Positions 39,713 to 53,141 of a DNA stretch of 64,000 nucleotides are shown here, piece by piece. The stretch is from Octopus sinensis (Eukaryota), in contig NC_043008.1 in NCBI RefSeq assembly GCF_006345805.1, positions 20,956,001-21,020,000 on the forward strand, given 5' to 3'. How positions within the stretch are numbered: position 1 is the stretch's first letter; every line of letters starts with the position of its first letter. Under the pieces are notes generated by a model. It ran no database searches. It was not told where the DNA came from and saw nothing but the letters and a program-made list of their open reading frames with translations. Made by a program: the position numbers and the translations under genes.

Positions 39713-40017
39713 TTTTATGCGCCCCTTTTCAAGCCTAGCCAGGCTCATGGGCCCGGTTTCCCGGTTTCTATGAATGTGTTCTCCCCAGCTGGACGAGACG
39801 CCAGTCCATTGCAGTGTTACTCAAGAAACAGGAAGAAAGGGTGAGAGAAAGTTGGAGCAAAAGAGAACAACAGGGGTCGCCACCATCCCCTACCGGAGCC
39901 TCATGGAGCTTTAGGTGTTTTCGCTCAATAAACACACACAACGCCCGGTCTGGGAATCAAAACCGCGATCCTCCGACCGCGAGTCCGCTGCCCTAACCAC
40001 TGGGCCATTGTGCCTCC
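39713..40017 (-). mobile_element. SINE-C with V-domain-like 3' module, 12-bp TSD
   Basis: TSD attatcaaacat at 39701-39712 and 40018-40029. The tail contains gcaatggactggcgtctcgtccag...gaaaccggg, resembling the V-SINE central domain (from recall). Confidence 0.85.
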
Positions 40018-40048
40018 ATTATCAAACATATTTCCCCTAAATTATATA

Positions 40049-40865
40049 CGAGGGGTGGCCAAAAGTAACTGGAAACCCATAGTAGTTCAGGATTCCGCCG
40101 TTAGAAGCCACTTGTTGCGATCCTCAGACATCAGTCTGCCGACCGGCATCATCGGCTGGTGTCGTACTGCGACGTAGAGCGTTTTTGTTTTACAGTGCTT
40201 CTCCCCTGTTCGTCGATTTTTGCGATGGCTGAAACGAAGGAACCGCGTACTTCTGTGAAATTCTGTTTTCTGTTGGGAAAAACGGCGGCCAAAGCAATTA
40301 TCATGCTTCAAACAGCTTACAAGGACGCTGTCATGAGCAAGACACAAGTTTACGAGCGGTTTCCAAACTTTAGCAATGGTCACCTGTCGCTTGAAGACCA
40401 GCTTCGTTCAGGACGACTGACGACCTCCCGAACGAATGAAAACCACAGGAAAATTCATGAACTGATCTTGGAGGCCTGTCACCGAACAACTGACGAACTT
40501 GTTGATATGACTGGTGTGCCCTGGAGCTCACACCAACAAATTTTGAGCGAAGAATGCAATGAAAAGAGTTGCAGAAAAATTTGTGTCTCGCTTGCTCACG
40601 GAAGATCAAAAGCAGTCACGATTGAATGCGTGTCGTGAACTGAAGGAACAGTTAGAAGTTGATCCGGACCTTTTTCTCGAAGATCATCAATGGTGACGAA
40701 AGGTGATGCTTTGTAATTTTCAGATGTGGAGTGGGTGAAGAAAAAAAGACTGACGGAGGCGTTAAAAGGAATCACTCCACAAGAGTCCCAGCACTGCTTC
40801 GAATAGTGGAAAACGCGCCTGGACTGATGCCTTGCTTCAAATGGAGAATATTTTGAAGGCGAGAG
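40049..40865 (+). mobile_element. mariner-family transposon, internally deleted pseudogene
   Basis: TA|CGAGGGG terminus. The HTH region reads KFCFLLGKTAAKA..QTAY..SKTQVYE..SLED..RSGR, followed by INGDE and a C-terminal WK.R.D.C.ASNGEYFEG. No right TIR was found. Confidence 0.88.
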
Positions 40866-41243
40866 AGCTGAAGTTGTCTGTGTATGGCAGGTTTGGTAGC
40901 CTTCAACTAACACTATCTCCTCCGAGACCGTTGCGGCGCAAGTTGACCAAAATTGAGAGTATGATAGAAGAAGGCTTGCTCTTCATTCCTTAGAAGAAAA
41001 AATTCAAATCGGACCATGTTAACACCAAAAATTATTTACATCAAAAAGGTGCTTTTTTTCTATGAAAATCCCTATTTTTTACGATTTTTTGAATGCTGTG
41101 TAGCCATTTTTCGGTGTACTTCAACCAGAAAAATGTTCACTTAAAGAGAATAACAAGCTACATAATGCAAAATTTTTACTTTTCAATAATTCCAATTCTA
41201 AAGGGTCGAAACAAACCCGAGCAACGCCGGGCGATACTGCTAG
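40866..41243 (+). mobile_element. Non-autonomous Helitron
   Basis: 3' hairpin cccg-agcaacgc-cggg (41216-41231) lies 8 nt before a CTAG|T end. The 5' end is eroded and fused to the mariner remnant. Confidence 0.75.
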
Positions 41244-41744
41244 TAAGTAAATAAAATAATATTGCAAAATTCCGGTTTCTATGTCGGTGTTACTGTTATT
41301 CTCCTTGTCCTGTCTTTTACTGTTTATATTTTGTACTGTCGTTACTGTCCTGTTTTTGTTACCATTTTTACCCCTCCGCGAAAAAATCTCAAATTTTATT
41401 TAATTTGCTTTTCTTGGGAAGGAATGTTTCAGTCGAATCGCGTCTCGCCTTCACCTTCGAAACGCGGAGTAGATGAAACCATGGCAACTGAAGAAGGGGA
41501 ATTTTCCTTCTGTTATTTGTCCTGTACTCTATTTTTTCGTTGTTTAAGAAAAATGTCCAGTTCCTTGGTTTTGTGTTTATGTTTTCGTTTCTCGTTGTGT
41601 GCGACGTTTTTTTTTTGGTGTCTTGTACCCATACATGCATGTATATATACATGAAGATGTAGGTACGTACATATATGTATGTATATATGCATATGTTTTA
41701 TTTATTAATTTGTTATTACACGACAGAACGCACGCATCGTTTTC

Positions 41745-41812
<68 letters not shown>

Positions 41813-43227
41813 TATATATAGCCATATTTTAGGATTCGCATTCTCTAAATGAAATGATGTTTTCTATTTGCTTTTCCTTTTTCGCTCTACCCATTCTCCT
41901 CTCTTCTACGTTCCGTCACCATCTTTCTTAATGTTGTCAAATATTCATTGCTATTCCATTAGTTTCCTTTCAATAAATACCGTGTTCACCCTGTCAGCGT
42001 TGGTTTAAGTAAATGTTTCGAATCAGCTTAATAGGTTTTGACTACTTTATTTCGATTGTGGCGTATGTAATTCGTATCACTAATACTTTCAATTATAAAC
42101 ATATATGTATGTGTAAGTGTGTGTGTTCGAATGTATGTTTATATATGAGCAAGGAATTATACTACGGATGATTACAAATGACTACAATAGTAAAACTGAG
42201 ATAATGAGATAAAACTAGATGACAGGCGGTGGTAGTAGATGTGTATATAGCGCCTGTGATAATGATGACGTTTCAAAAAAGCTGTTGAAGATGAAAGATA
42301 AAGAATATGTTGTGTGGAAATTGAGAATGAAAGGCAATAGATATAAAGAAGGAGATGTCTGAGTCAGAGCGAATGGTTAAATGTGATAAAGTTAACAGGA
42401 AATAGGTTAAGGAATATATTAGGTACGATTAGATCGGTTAAGATTGTTTAGGTCATGTATTGTACTTGTCAGAAACGAGAGTTGTGAGGATGGGAGGAAA
42501 CCGGGCAGTAATGTCCTTACGGAAGAGAGGAAAAATACAACAGACGTATACGCTCACTTATACAGGCGCAGAGATACAAACGCACACATATACAAACATT
42601 CACACACACACACACACACACACAGATGCATCTACACGCATACATATAAACACAAACACACACAGAAACTTACACTCAGAAACAAACGTATTCACACGTA
42701 CAAATATAGACACAAATAAAAGAAAGGAAGGGAGAAGATGTAGGTGAAGGGAAGAAGAGGAAAATCAAAACTAACTTAAGATTTAGTTTAAGTACATAAA
42801 ATATGTGGAGAAGAATAAGATTAAAATGATGCTGGCAAGAGAGGAATACAAATAAAGATAAGGTTAAAGTTGCAATTATGGATGTAATGCTTACGATAAG
42901 AACACTGGAGGAAAAAGTTGTTGAAAATTTTATGATGATGAAAATAAAAGATATAAATAAGACAGACCAACAAAAATTTTTTTCTCTGTTGTCAAAAAAG
43001 TTGTACCTGAACTAGGGGTTTGGGATACAGAATCGGAAAATGACATCCACTTATTGACATCGGTTTCAGATTTAAAGATATTGGATCCATAGAATTTCAT
43101 TATTTTCTCAGTATAACAACTTGTGAGGAACAATGTATAGCATACAAACATACATAGAAATTGAATTTTTTCAAAACTTGAATTTATATATATTGTGAGC
43201 AACTGTCATCTCTAACAGACGAGGTGT

Positions 43228-43277
43228 CCAGTACTGAAGAGAGGCAGAAATATTCCGAAACTAGGCTGGTCTGGTGG
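43228..43277 (+). ncRNA. Degenerate type I hammerhead motif
   Basis: CCAGTA-CTGAAGA-GAGGC-agaaat-ATTCC-GAAA-CTAGGCTGG-TC-TGGTGG. Core and GUC triplet are intact; helices I and II carry mismatches. Confidence 0.45.
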
Positions 43278-43440
43278 TCCCATCGTTAGAAGGTAGTAGG
43301 GGTTTGCTCCCCTGCTCGCAATATTGTGGATGCAGCTGTGCATCGTTAACCAGCTAGAGGAGATGCCCTCTTGGGGTTAAAAAATCGCTGCAGATATATA
43401 TCTGTGTGTGTGTATGTAGGTGGGTGTGTATGTATGTATG

Positions 43441-43472
<32 letters not shown>

Positions 43473-43629
43473 ACAAAGTTATTTTATTCCACACGAAATA
43501 AAGGAAAAATAGAAGTTGAAAATGCACGGAGAATAGTTAATATATTTTTCATAAATAATATAAAATGTATTAACTATTCTCAGTGTATTTTCAACTTCTG
43601 TTTTTCCTATATATGCATATATATATATA

Positions 43630-43775
43630 CAGCGGATTTCTTACAGTTTCCGTCTACCAAATCCACTCACAAGGCGTTGGTCAGCCCAAACTTATTGCAT
43701 GGTGCCATGCAGTGGAACTGAGCTAGAAAACATGTGGTTGAGACGCAAATTTCATACCACACAGCCAATTCTGCG
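43630..43775 (-). mobile_element. SINE-A head fragment
   Basis: cagtttccgtctaccaaatccactcacaagg...ggtgccatgcagtggaactga. Confidence 0.75.
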
Positions 43776-44039
43776 ATTGCATATTATTTATATTGTATAT
43801 ATTATTCATATTAGGAAAAAGTTACAAGTAGTTTAATACGAGTAAATAATTTAAGGTTTAAAGGTGAAAGAATTTAAAAGACAGCAGCCAACTTGTTCGT
43901 TACTGTATAGATTCACATTTCTTTATTCCGTTCACTTCAGATGGTGCGCTTTTGTGCATGAACTATATAAAGTTTATTGGATTTTACCCTTTTCACGTTC
44001 AAGAAGCTCTCAATCTTCATTATTTTGTTATTTTAAACA

Positions 44040-44340
44040 CAATAATTTAAGGAGAAAATGATATCAACAAGAGAACTGTTAAAGCAGGAACCAGCGCATA
44101 TAACAAATCTAGTCAACAGCAAGCAATGGCTCTGCAATGATTGTTCAGCCATATAATGTAATAATTCAGCCAACGGATTTATATGGCAATGGAACATAGA
44201 AAATGGCAGCAAAGGTGGTAAAGACGATGGTCTTTTTTCCAGCTTTTCCTGCGGAAGATCCTCAATCATACTTAGCGAGACAGAATTGCAAATGAAGAGA
44301 TCTTTCTGAGAAACAAATTCCAGGGCACCGCAAAACATGA
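44040..44340 (+). pseudogene. RTE-clade LINE RT C-terminal remnant (heavily decayed)
   Basis: IIQPTDLYGNGT* (LLYGxETW-like) and LRKILNHT*RDRIANEEIF (LRKIL..W.D.I.NEE). Confidence 0.5.
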
Positions 44341-44866
44341 TGGAGTTGTGTCATTTCCATATAAGTTGTATATTTGCGACTACTGATTGCAATGACGTAT
44401 GCGGTTGAAGAAGGAAACAGAAAAGATTGTCTAAGGACACATGGAGCCTTTGTTCGGAAAATTCGCTGTAAGACAAATTCATAATACGGACCAAGACAAA
44501 GAGTATTATATCAGTATTTATTTTTTTAGTATAGAAAAAAAGAATGATAAATAATTTTTAAAAAGCATTAAATAGGCAAGTCTTTATTCAACACCAAACA
44601 TTAAAAAAAAACGTGAGGAGGTTAGTTAAAACGAAATTTCTTGTAGCAAATTTTTTCTAATGGCGGATTTTTCACTTAACCTGTGGAGCAGGAGTACCAG
44701 TAGGAGGAGAACAGAGGTAACTGCGACAGATGTATCACGCTGATGGAAGCTTACTGTCTTATGCGTCCCACAACGCAGGGGAAAACTAAGTCTAAGCGCA
44801 AGGATGAAGAATGAATGTTTAACAATACGGACTAAGACAGTCTAGAAAAAAGTAAAGAAAATAACT

Positions 44867-45040
44867 AGGCGCAGGAGCGGCTGTGTGGTAAGTAGCTTGC
44901 TTACCAACCACATGGTTCCGGGTTCATTCCCATTGCGTGGCACCTTGGGCAAGTGTCTTCAACTATAGCCACGGGCCGACCAAAGCCTTGTTAGTTGATT
45001 TGGTAGACAGAAACTGAAAGAAGTCCATCGTATATATGTA

Positions 45041-45105
<65 letters not shown>

Positions 45106-45323
45106 CATGCGCGTGTATATGTTTTTGTGTCTGTGTTTGTCCCTCAAACATCGTTTGACAACCGATGGTGGTATTGTTTACGTCCTCGTAACTTAGCGGT
45201 TCGGCAATGGAGACCAATAGAATAAGTACTAGGCTTCCAAGGAATAAGTCCTGGGGTCGATTTGCTCGACTGAAGGCGGTGCTCCAGCATGGCCGCAGTC
45301 AAATGACTGAAACAAGTAAAGAG
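44867..45323 (+). mobile_element. SINE-A full length
   Basis: aggcgcaggagcggctgtgtggtaag (A box), gggttcattccc (B box), CORE-like ccttgggcaagtgtcttc, internal (TA)n, and tail gactgaaacaagtaaagag. Confidence 0.93.
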
Positions 45324-45457
45324 AGGACATTGAGTTATTTCTGTAAGATCGTTTTTTTTTGCGTTATACAAATCAACTAAGCTATCAATATGTTTTATTC
45401 TTTTTGTATAAGTCTAACTCCCTTGGATACGGGAGGTGAGGAGGAACAATTATCATG

Positions 45458-45488
45458 CTGATGATGGCTATTCAGCCAGAAACATGTC
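45458..45488 (+). ncRNA. Minimal hammerhead core with broken helix I
   Basis: CTGATGA-TGGCT-attc-AGCCA-GAAA-CATG-TC. Helix II is perfect, the loop III is palindromic and the triplet is GUC, but the flanks do not form a proximal helix I. Confidence 0.45.
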
Positions 45489-45622
45489 TCAAAGACTGTC
45501 CTCGTCTCTCCAAGCAATAGTCTGTCTTTTTACTTAATGGTCAGTTTTGAAGAAATCTTAGTTCTTGAGATTTTCTCCCCTTCTCATTGCCATTTCGTAA
45601 TTACGATCCATTCTCGAGGGGT

Positions 45623-46014
45623 ACTCTTTTACTTGTTTCAGTTATTTGACTGTTGCCATGCTGGAGCACCACTTTCAGTCGAGCAAATCGACCCCAGGAT
45701 TTATTCTTTAGATGCCTAGAAATTATTCTCTCGGTCGCTTCTGCCGAACCGCTAAGTTTCGAGGACGTAAACACACCGGCATCGGTTATCAAACGATGTT
45801 GGGGGAACAAACACAGACACACAAACATATACACACATACATATATATACATATATACGACGGGCTTCTTTCAGTTTCCGTCTACCAAATCCACTCACAA
45901 GGCTTTGGTCGGCTACAGTAGAAGACACTTGCCCAGGGTGGCATGCAGTGGGACTGAACCCAGAGCCATGTGGCTGGTAAGCAAGCTACTTACCACACAG
46001 CCACTCCTACGCCT
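45623..46014 (-). mobile_element. SINE-A full length
   Basis: Complete match from tail to ccacacagccactcctacgcct. Confidence 0.93.
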
Positions 46015-46384
46015 GGTGATTTGGTTATATCTAGAATTTATTTTGCAGGGCATTTGGTATGCCTGTATTTGCCTAAGGTAGTCTGGGTCGTGTGACGTCG
46101 CTGAAAGGTGAGAAATTATCAGACAGTATTAGTAGCTAGGAAAAATGAGAATGGATTGAAAAGGAATGAAAGAAGAAGAAGAAGAAGAACAACAACAACA
46201 ACAACAACAGCAACAACACAACAACAACAACAACAAGAATGGAAGTAAAGTAAATAAAATACGGGAAACGATTTAATTTCAAAAAATCATGGAGAATAGC
46301 AGAGATTTGGAGGTATTCCAAATGGAAATTAATGGAAGGACAGTAGACCTTCTTGTTACAATATGTATGTGCGCATGCGTATAT

Positions 46385-46419
<35 letters not shown>

Positions 46420-46424
46420 ACTCT

Positions 46425-46680
46425 CCTGTCGTTAGACGGCGTATGAGTGTTCGACAATTTCTTACCGAACAACCACACAGATAATTTGTTTAGAGTGATC
46501 AAATGTTTGTGTAGACATCAGCTCACTCCCTCCGTGACTACCTGCGCAGGTGCAACGGGTGCCACATGTCAGGTGTAGAAATGATCGCAGAGAAACGTGA
46601 AATGAAGTGCTTTGCTCAAGAACAGAGCATAACGCCCGGTCTGGGAATCGAACCCACGATCTCGCAATCGTCATTGCAAC
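46425..46680 (-). mobile_element. tRNA-derived SINE (E-like, CORE-like box)
   Basis: Minus strand: gggttcgattcccagaccgggcg...ttcttgagcaaagcacttc, then an unrelated tail. Confidence 0.6.
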
Positions 46681-46987
46681 ACATATATACACACACATAC
46701 ACACACATACACACACACATACACACACACACACGCACACATATATATATATGCATATATATATATACACACACACATATATATATATACATATTTATAT
46801 GTATATATGTATATATACGTGTGTGTGTGGAATATATGTGTGTATACACATATATACGCATGTATACATATGCGTCTATATGCGTAAATATATATGTGAG
46901 TATATATGCGTGTTATATATATTATATATGTGTGCACATATATATATATATATGTATGTGTGTATATGTGTATGTATATATATATAT

Positions 46988-47041
<54 letters not shown>

Positions 47042-47170
47042 AGAGAGATATATATATACATATATATATATATACACATATATGTATATATATATATATA
47101 TAGATATATATATATATATATATATATATAGATATATATATATATATACACACACATATGCATACATATC
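46680..47170. repeat. Compound (CA)n/(TA)n/(GA)n block
   Basis: Low-complexity arrays. Confidence 0.93.
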
Positions 47171-47763
47171 ATAAATAGGTATGTGCAAACAAGGAGAGGG
47201 AGCGAAGATGAGAGAGAGAGAAAGAGAGAGAGGGGAGATGATAAATTGTTCCTAATTGGCTATAATCATTCGGAGCATAACAATTGAAAGCGAATGAAAT
47301 GAAGAATTCTGAAGAATATTTCATCCTATTTAGAATCGTTATCGTTGTAATAATTAACTTAAATCAGTCGAAAGGGTATATCAATTTCTCTAGAACAATT
47401 TCATCATATTACCATATATTACTCATAGTTTAATTACGAAAATGACAGTTGGGTCTGTCTGGTATTTATACATAATTACATGGGAACAAGGTTTATAGAG
47501 ACGGTCAGTATCTTGTTGAATTATGGAGAGGTCAGCTACCTGTCCTTTCATTGCTTGACCAAGTCTCTATATCAAGATATTTGAATGCGTATGGTTTATT
47601 GGTTTGAGATATTCAGCAGTGCGTTTTGCCCTTAAGCAAGGCACTTTATTTCACGTTGCTCCAATCCATTAAGCTGGCAAAAATGAGCTTTACTTGCAAG
47701 TCAAAGGGCCATCCTTGCCCCCTTTTGTATTACGTTGAATTTCCCTGAGAAATACGTTTCTTA

Positions 47764-48179
47764 TTTCTTTATTGCCCACAGGGGGCTAAACATAGAGGAG
47801 ACAAACAAGGACAGACAAAGGGATTACGTTGATTATATCGACCCCAGTGCGTAACTGGTACTTAATTTATCGACACCGAAAGAATGAAAGGCAAAGACGA
47901 CCTCGGCGGAATTTGAACTCAGAACGTAAAGACGTACGAAATACCTATTTTTTTACTACCCACAAGGGGCTAAACACAGAGAGGACAAACAAGGTCAGAC
48001 AAGCGGATTAAGTCGATTATATCGACCCCAGTGCGTAACTGGTACTTAATTTATCGACCTCGACAGGATGAAAGACCAAGTCGATCTCGGCGGGATTTGA
48101 ACTCAGAACGTAACGGCAGACGAAATACGGCTACGCATTTCGCCCGGCGTGCTAACGTTTCTGCCAGCTCGCCGCCTTT
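47764..48179 (-). mobile_element. SINE-B dimer (tail1-tail1)
   Basis: Two cores and two tail1 modules, with the head ending gccagctcgccgcctt. Confidence 0.9.
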
Positions 48180-48189
48180 AGCGCTACAG

Positions 48190-48890
48190 AGATATTATTG
48201 GACAAGGAAGAAAGTGAATCGCGTAGATATCAACTGGAAATTAATATATACGAAGAAGACAAATGTCATGGCAGCGACAAAGACCCCTCGGGATAACTCA
48301 ACATCCAACGGCAAGAAAGTACATTATAACAGTTCACCCTAATTTAAATATTTTGAAGCTATCGTAAAACAATAATGAAAAGAAGGTTATGAAATAAAAA
48401 CAGGACTCCATGGCGGCAAGAGCAGCCTTTAAAATTATTCGATGCAATTTGGAAAGACAGCTCTCAACAAGAATATTAAATTAAAGCGCCTGAAGCCGCT
48501 AGTTTAGCTGGTTTCACAGTATAGATTTGAAAGCTGGACCTTAAGAGCAAATATACTGCCAAACTCAAAGCATTTGAAACAGCGTGCAACAGAAGAGTAT
48601 TAATGATCAACTAGACAAACCATCGAATAAATGAGACCGCTCATAAAGAAATGGGAGGGGAATGAGAACTTTTGGCAATAGTTAGGAAAAGGAAGCTGCA
48701 ATATTTTGGGTGTGTCATCAGAGTTGAGAAACCGAGCACCCACGTCTCAGAGGGAAAAGTGAATGGAAAATGAGGGAAGGGGAGATCGGGAAGCCGCTGG
48801 CATGATATCAAAAGAAGGAACGGAAAACCTCCGGACGGATGCACGACGATAGTCAGAGACAGAAATCAGTGGAGAGAAGTGGAGCATGCG
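48190..48890 (+). pseudogene. RTE-clade LINE RT C-terminal remnant
   Basis: Frameshifted translation gives FKYF, IKLKRLKPLV, ESWTLR, KLKAFE.ACNRRVL, RKRKLQYFG, EGKVNGK..GR and RDRNQWRE. Confidence 0.75.
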
Positions 48891-48954
48891 CACATGTTCT
48901 TCGACTCCTCAGCAATGAGAGTGGGGATAGGCAAGGTGATATGTGTGAGTACGT

Positions 48955-48957
48955 ATG

Positions 48958-49010
<53 letters not shown>

Positions 49011-49027
49011 GTATACATATATATATG

Positions 49028-49060
<33 letters not shown>

Positions 49061-49284
49061 TATATATATATATATCTATATATATATATATATATAATAT
49101 ATATATATATAATATATATATATATACACGCATATATATATATACATTTATGTATGTATGTATATGCATGTATGTAGAGAGATGTGTATATATGTGCATG
49201 TGCGTATGTATATATGTATACATTTATTTATCTATATATACATTTATTTATTTATTTATGCACATACAAATATATGTATGTATG

Positions 49285-49339
<55 letters not shown>

Positions 49340-49623
49340 ATAAACTGTTTTACCACACAGCCTTGCCTTGGCGTATGCATACATTCTTACGCATGCATAA
49401 ATCTTTACACACACACGTACACAAACATGCACAAACACGCACGCGCACACACCACACACACAGATGCGCCTATATCTATAACTACATTATACATACATGT
49501 ATGGTTGCATAGAGACATAGATACCTACATATATAGATATACAGACACATACATATACCTACATAAGTACATACACACACATATACATACATACATACAT
49601 ACATACATACATACATACATACA

Positions 49624-49657
<34 letters not shown>

Positions 49658-49665
49658 CATACACC
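48955..49665. repeat. Compound (TA)n/(TG)n/(TACA)n block
   Basis: Low-complexity arrays. Confidence 0.93.
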
Positions 49666-50294
49666 TCGGAATAAATGACACTGTCTCTCAGTAAAGTTGA
49701 CAGCTTCTAGAAAAACGCTAAAGCTTGGCCAGTCGTCTACTTTCACTTCGTTTAGGTTGGCAATGGCGGTCACTACTAATTTGATTACCTACAATTGCCA
49801 AACTCCTGTAATTTCGAAATTGATCAAGTCTAGCTGAATTCCAAAACAGGCAAATTCAATAGATATATTAGACATCTCATTCAATTAGGAGATGGCAAGC
49901 TCAGCGATTTTCTATCAATCAATACGTGGAATTGACGTGGGAGGAAGGGTTTTTGTTGTTTGTACGTCGGCAATGAGGTTACCTGAGCGGGAATATTTGC
50001 CTATCCACTAACCGAGAGTTCGGCCGTTCTTATTAAAGAAACTGCTTTGATTCGGTGAGCAAAACTCTTAACTTTAAACAGCCCTTTCTGTCTAGTTCTA
50101 AATATTTCCTATTCATGTGATGAAAGTCACTGCTGGAAGCAGTGAGCTGACTATGATATTACGACCTTTGTTTGTAGACCTTAATTAAATACTTCTCAAA
50201 GGGAAGTATTTTCTACAATGGACTGGCGCTCTATTCACAAGAGAGATTTATCTCATCTAAATAACAGATTAATATATTTATACTGCAGAATGGC

Positions 50295-50505
50295 TATGGT
50301 TCGAGGGAATCGTTAGAGCGTCAGTCAACGTATCTTACGGTATTCGTTTCATCTGGTTGCATTCTGAGATCGAATCTTACAGAGGTTGACTTTGCCTTTC
50401 ATTCTTTCGGGTTCGATAAAGTAAGTACCTGTTGAGTATTGGGGTTGATGTAATTGACTAGACCCCCTCCCCCAAAATTTCAGACCTTGTGTCAATAGCA
50501 CAAAT
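50295..50505 (+). mobile_element. SINE-B tail2, diverged
   Basis: gaggttgactttgcctttcattctttcggg...ccctcccccaaaatttcagaccttgtg. Confidence 0.75.
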
Positions 50506-50597
50506 GTTTATTATTATCATTATTTTTAAACTGTATTTAATATAAATACGTATGTATATATATATATATATATATATACATACATATTATTATTATT

Positions 50598-51151
50598 GAG
50601 TGAGAGATCAGCAGTGCATGCCATCAAAGTGACACTGGGGTAAAATATATGAAGCCCAGTATACCCGTTATGACTATCCGATAAGGGTACCCCAGGTATA
50701 TGCATCACAACTATATGTGTGCGACATGGTGATATCATATCAAGATAAACAGCGCATGACCTTGCAGATGGGGTCCAGTTAGAATTTTCTTTATGTCGAG
50801 TAGACCATCCCTCTCAAAAGGTCCTTGAATAAGGGTTGTTTAAGGATGATGAATTAAACACCCATGTTTCCAGGAGTGAATTATTCAAACCACAAAGAGT
50901 TTCTTTCAACACATGGCTCTGATGCTCTCCAACTACTTCTGCTCATGATCAGAGATGCACCTATCGTTAGCCACGAACATATCGTTAGCCACATATTCAA
51001 CTGGTTAAGGTCAAACAACTGACAAGCAAATCTGTGATATTGAGCAGAATATTTGCTGTAGTCCATCTTTTATACCAAGACAAAACAATGTACATGATAA
51101 TACTTCCAATCAGTTAAGATGAGAAGCTATGAGAGCCACTGCCTAGTACTG

Positions 51152-51153
<2 letters not shown>
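50598..51153 (-). mobile_element. Element D
   Basis: Near full-length homologue of 23156-23711, flanked by (ATT)n on both sides. Confidence 0.87.
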
Positions 51154-51202
<49 letters not shown>

Positions 51203-51210
51203 CATCATCC

Positions 51211-51257
<47 letters not shown>

Positions 51258-51536
51258 TCATCATCATCATCATCATCATCATCATTATTATTGCTATTAT
51301 TATTATTATTATTTTTATTATTATTTTTATTTTTATTTTTATTATTATTATTTTTATTTTTATTATTATTATTTTTATTTTTATTATTATTATTTTTATT
51401 TTTATTATTATTATTTTTATTATTACTATTTTTATTATTTTTATTTTTATTATTTTTATTATTATTGTTGTTGTTGTTTTTGTTGTTGTTATTATTATTA
51501 TTATTATTATCATTATTATTATTATTATCATTATTA
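51154..51536. repeat. Compound trinucleotide array (ATT/CAT/TTT-ATT/GTT)
   Basis: Gives rise to the poly-Y/H/I/N/L ORFs. Confidence 0.95.
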
Positions 51537-51901
51537 TTTCCATTTCGCTTCTCAGAGTTCTCGATTTCACTTGCTCCGTTTAACTCTGTAAAAGCAGGCA
51601 ACAACCTGCTGCAAAACGTTTCACAGAGTCTTCTTCCAGGACACTTAACATCGAAGTACCAATCTCAAAATCCGCACTGTCCCTAAAACATTTTTTTTTT
51701 TTGAGAATTTCAATCCCGATTGTTCCAAAAATGTTCTCAAATCTCGTTGTTATTGCTCCCAGTGCCCCTACAACCACTGGAATAACAGCAACTCTCCTCA
51801 TTGCCCATATTTATGCAATCTCATCTTTTAGTGGCTTATATTTTTCATCTTTTCTGGTTCTTTATCATTAACTCGTATATATCTCCAGGTATGGCAATAT
51901 C
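51537..51901 (-). pseudogene. R4/Dong-like RLE 3' end (second family)
   Basis: DIAIPGD...EKM..YKPLKDEIA..WAMRRVAVIPVVVGALGAI...LGTVRILRLVL. The 3' UTR ends in (TAA)n. Confidence 0.8.
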
Positions 51902-52296
51902 AGCAGCCAGCTGGCAGAAACGTTAGAACGCCGGGCGAAATGCTTAGCCGTATTTCGTCTGCCATTATTTTCTGAGTTCAAATTCCGCCGAAGTCGACTT
52001 TACCTTTCATCCTTTCGGGGTCGATAAATTAAGTATCAGTTACGCACTGGGGTCGATATAATCGACTTAATCCGTTTGTCTGTCCTTGTTTGTCTCCTCT
52101 GTGTTTAGCCCCTTGTGAGTAGTAAAGAAATAGGTATTTCGTCTGTCTTTACGTTCTGAGTTCAAATTCCGCCGAGGTCGACTTTGCGTTTTATTTTTTC
52201 AGGGTCGATAAATTAAGTACCAGTTGCGTACTGAGATCGACCTAATCGACAGGCCCTTCCCCAAAATTTCAGGCCTTGTACCTAGGGTAGAAAAGA
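51902..52296 (+). mobile_element. SINE-B dimer (tail1 then tail2)
   Basis: Head-core-tail1-ggtatttcgtc-core-tail2. Confidence 0.9.
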
Positions 52297-52335
52297 ATAG
52301 TAGTAACAATGGTAGCCATAGTAGAGGCAGCAGTG

Positions 52336-52336
52336 A

Positions 52337-52412
<76 letters not shown>

Positions 52413-52420
52413 CGTAGTAG
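52336..52420. repeat. (TAG)n microsatellite
   Basis: Nearly pure array. Confidence 0.95.
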
Positions 52421-52916
52421 TAGCTGGAAATGGACTAGAAGTGTCAACAATAACAGAATAACAGCCAGGTAAACAGTGACTGAATGGTGGATACACACAC
52501 ATTGTTTTTGTATATATACAGTCACGCAAATATATGTACACACCATCATACCACCATACACACACAAAGAAACACATTCGTAAATACACAACTATATATG
52601 TATGTATGTATGTGTAGGTGTGCGCGCACGCGCATAATTGTGTGTTTACCTGTCTGAAAAATTATCTCTGTATGCGAATTAATTTGAGAAAATTGAAATT
52701 AGTTTAAATCAATCATTAAATTATTATTATTGCTACGTAATTATAGCTATTATTAATCTATCATTAAATCTTAATTAATTCATGACAAATGAAAGTAAAA
52801 TAAATTACTTCACAACCTGAAAGATTTTATTAAATATTTTAATCCTTACCACAACATAAAAATGAAATAAAATAAAACACAAAAAATATATATAAAAAAC
52901 AATACATATAAATCTT

Positions 52917-52965
<49 letters not shown>

Positions 52966-53141
52966 TTATGTGTATGTATATGTATATATATATATGTGTG
53001 TGTGTGAGTGTGTGTGTGTTAACTTTTATGTGTGTGTGTGTTATCTTTTATATGTGTGTGTGTGTTATATTATATATGCGTGAGCGTGTAAACGTGTGTG
53101 CGTATCCGTGCATATTAAAATTATTTGAAAGCTAGTACAGT

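Noticed and set aside
41484-41525. CTGAAGA-AGGGG-aattt-TCCTT hairpin
   Set aside because: No GAAA follows helix II. It is at most a decayed PLE terminus.
49690-50260. Several short hairpins in unique-looking sequence as pre-miRNA candidates
   Set aside because: Stems are only 6-8 bp or heavily bulged and cannot be supported without small-RNA data.
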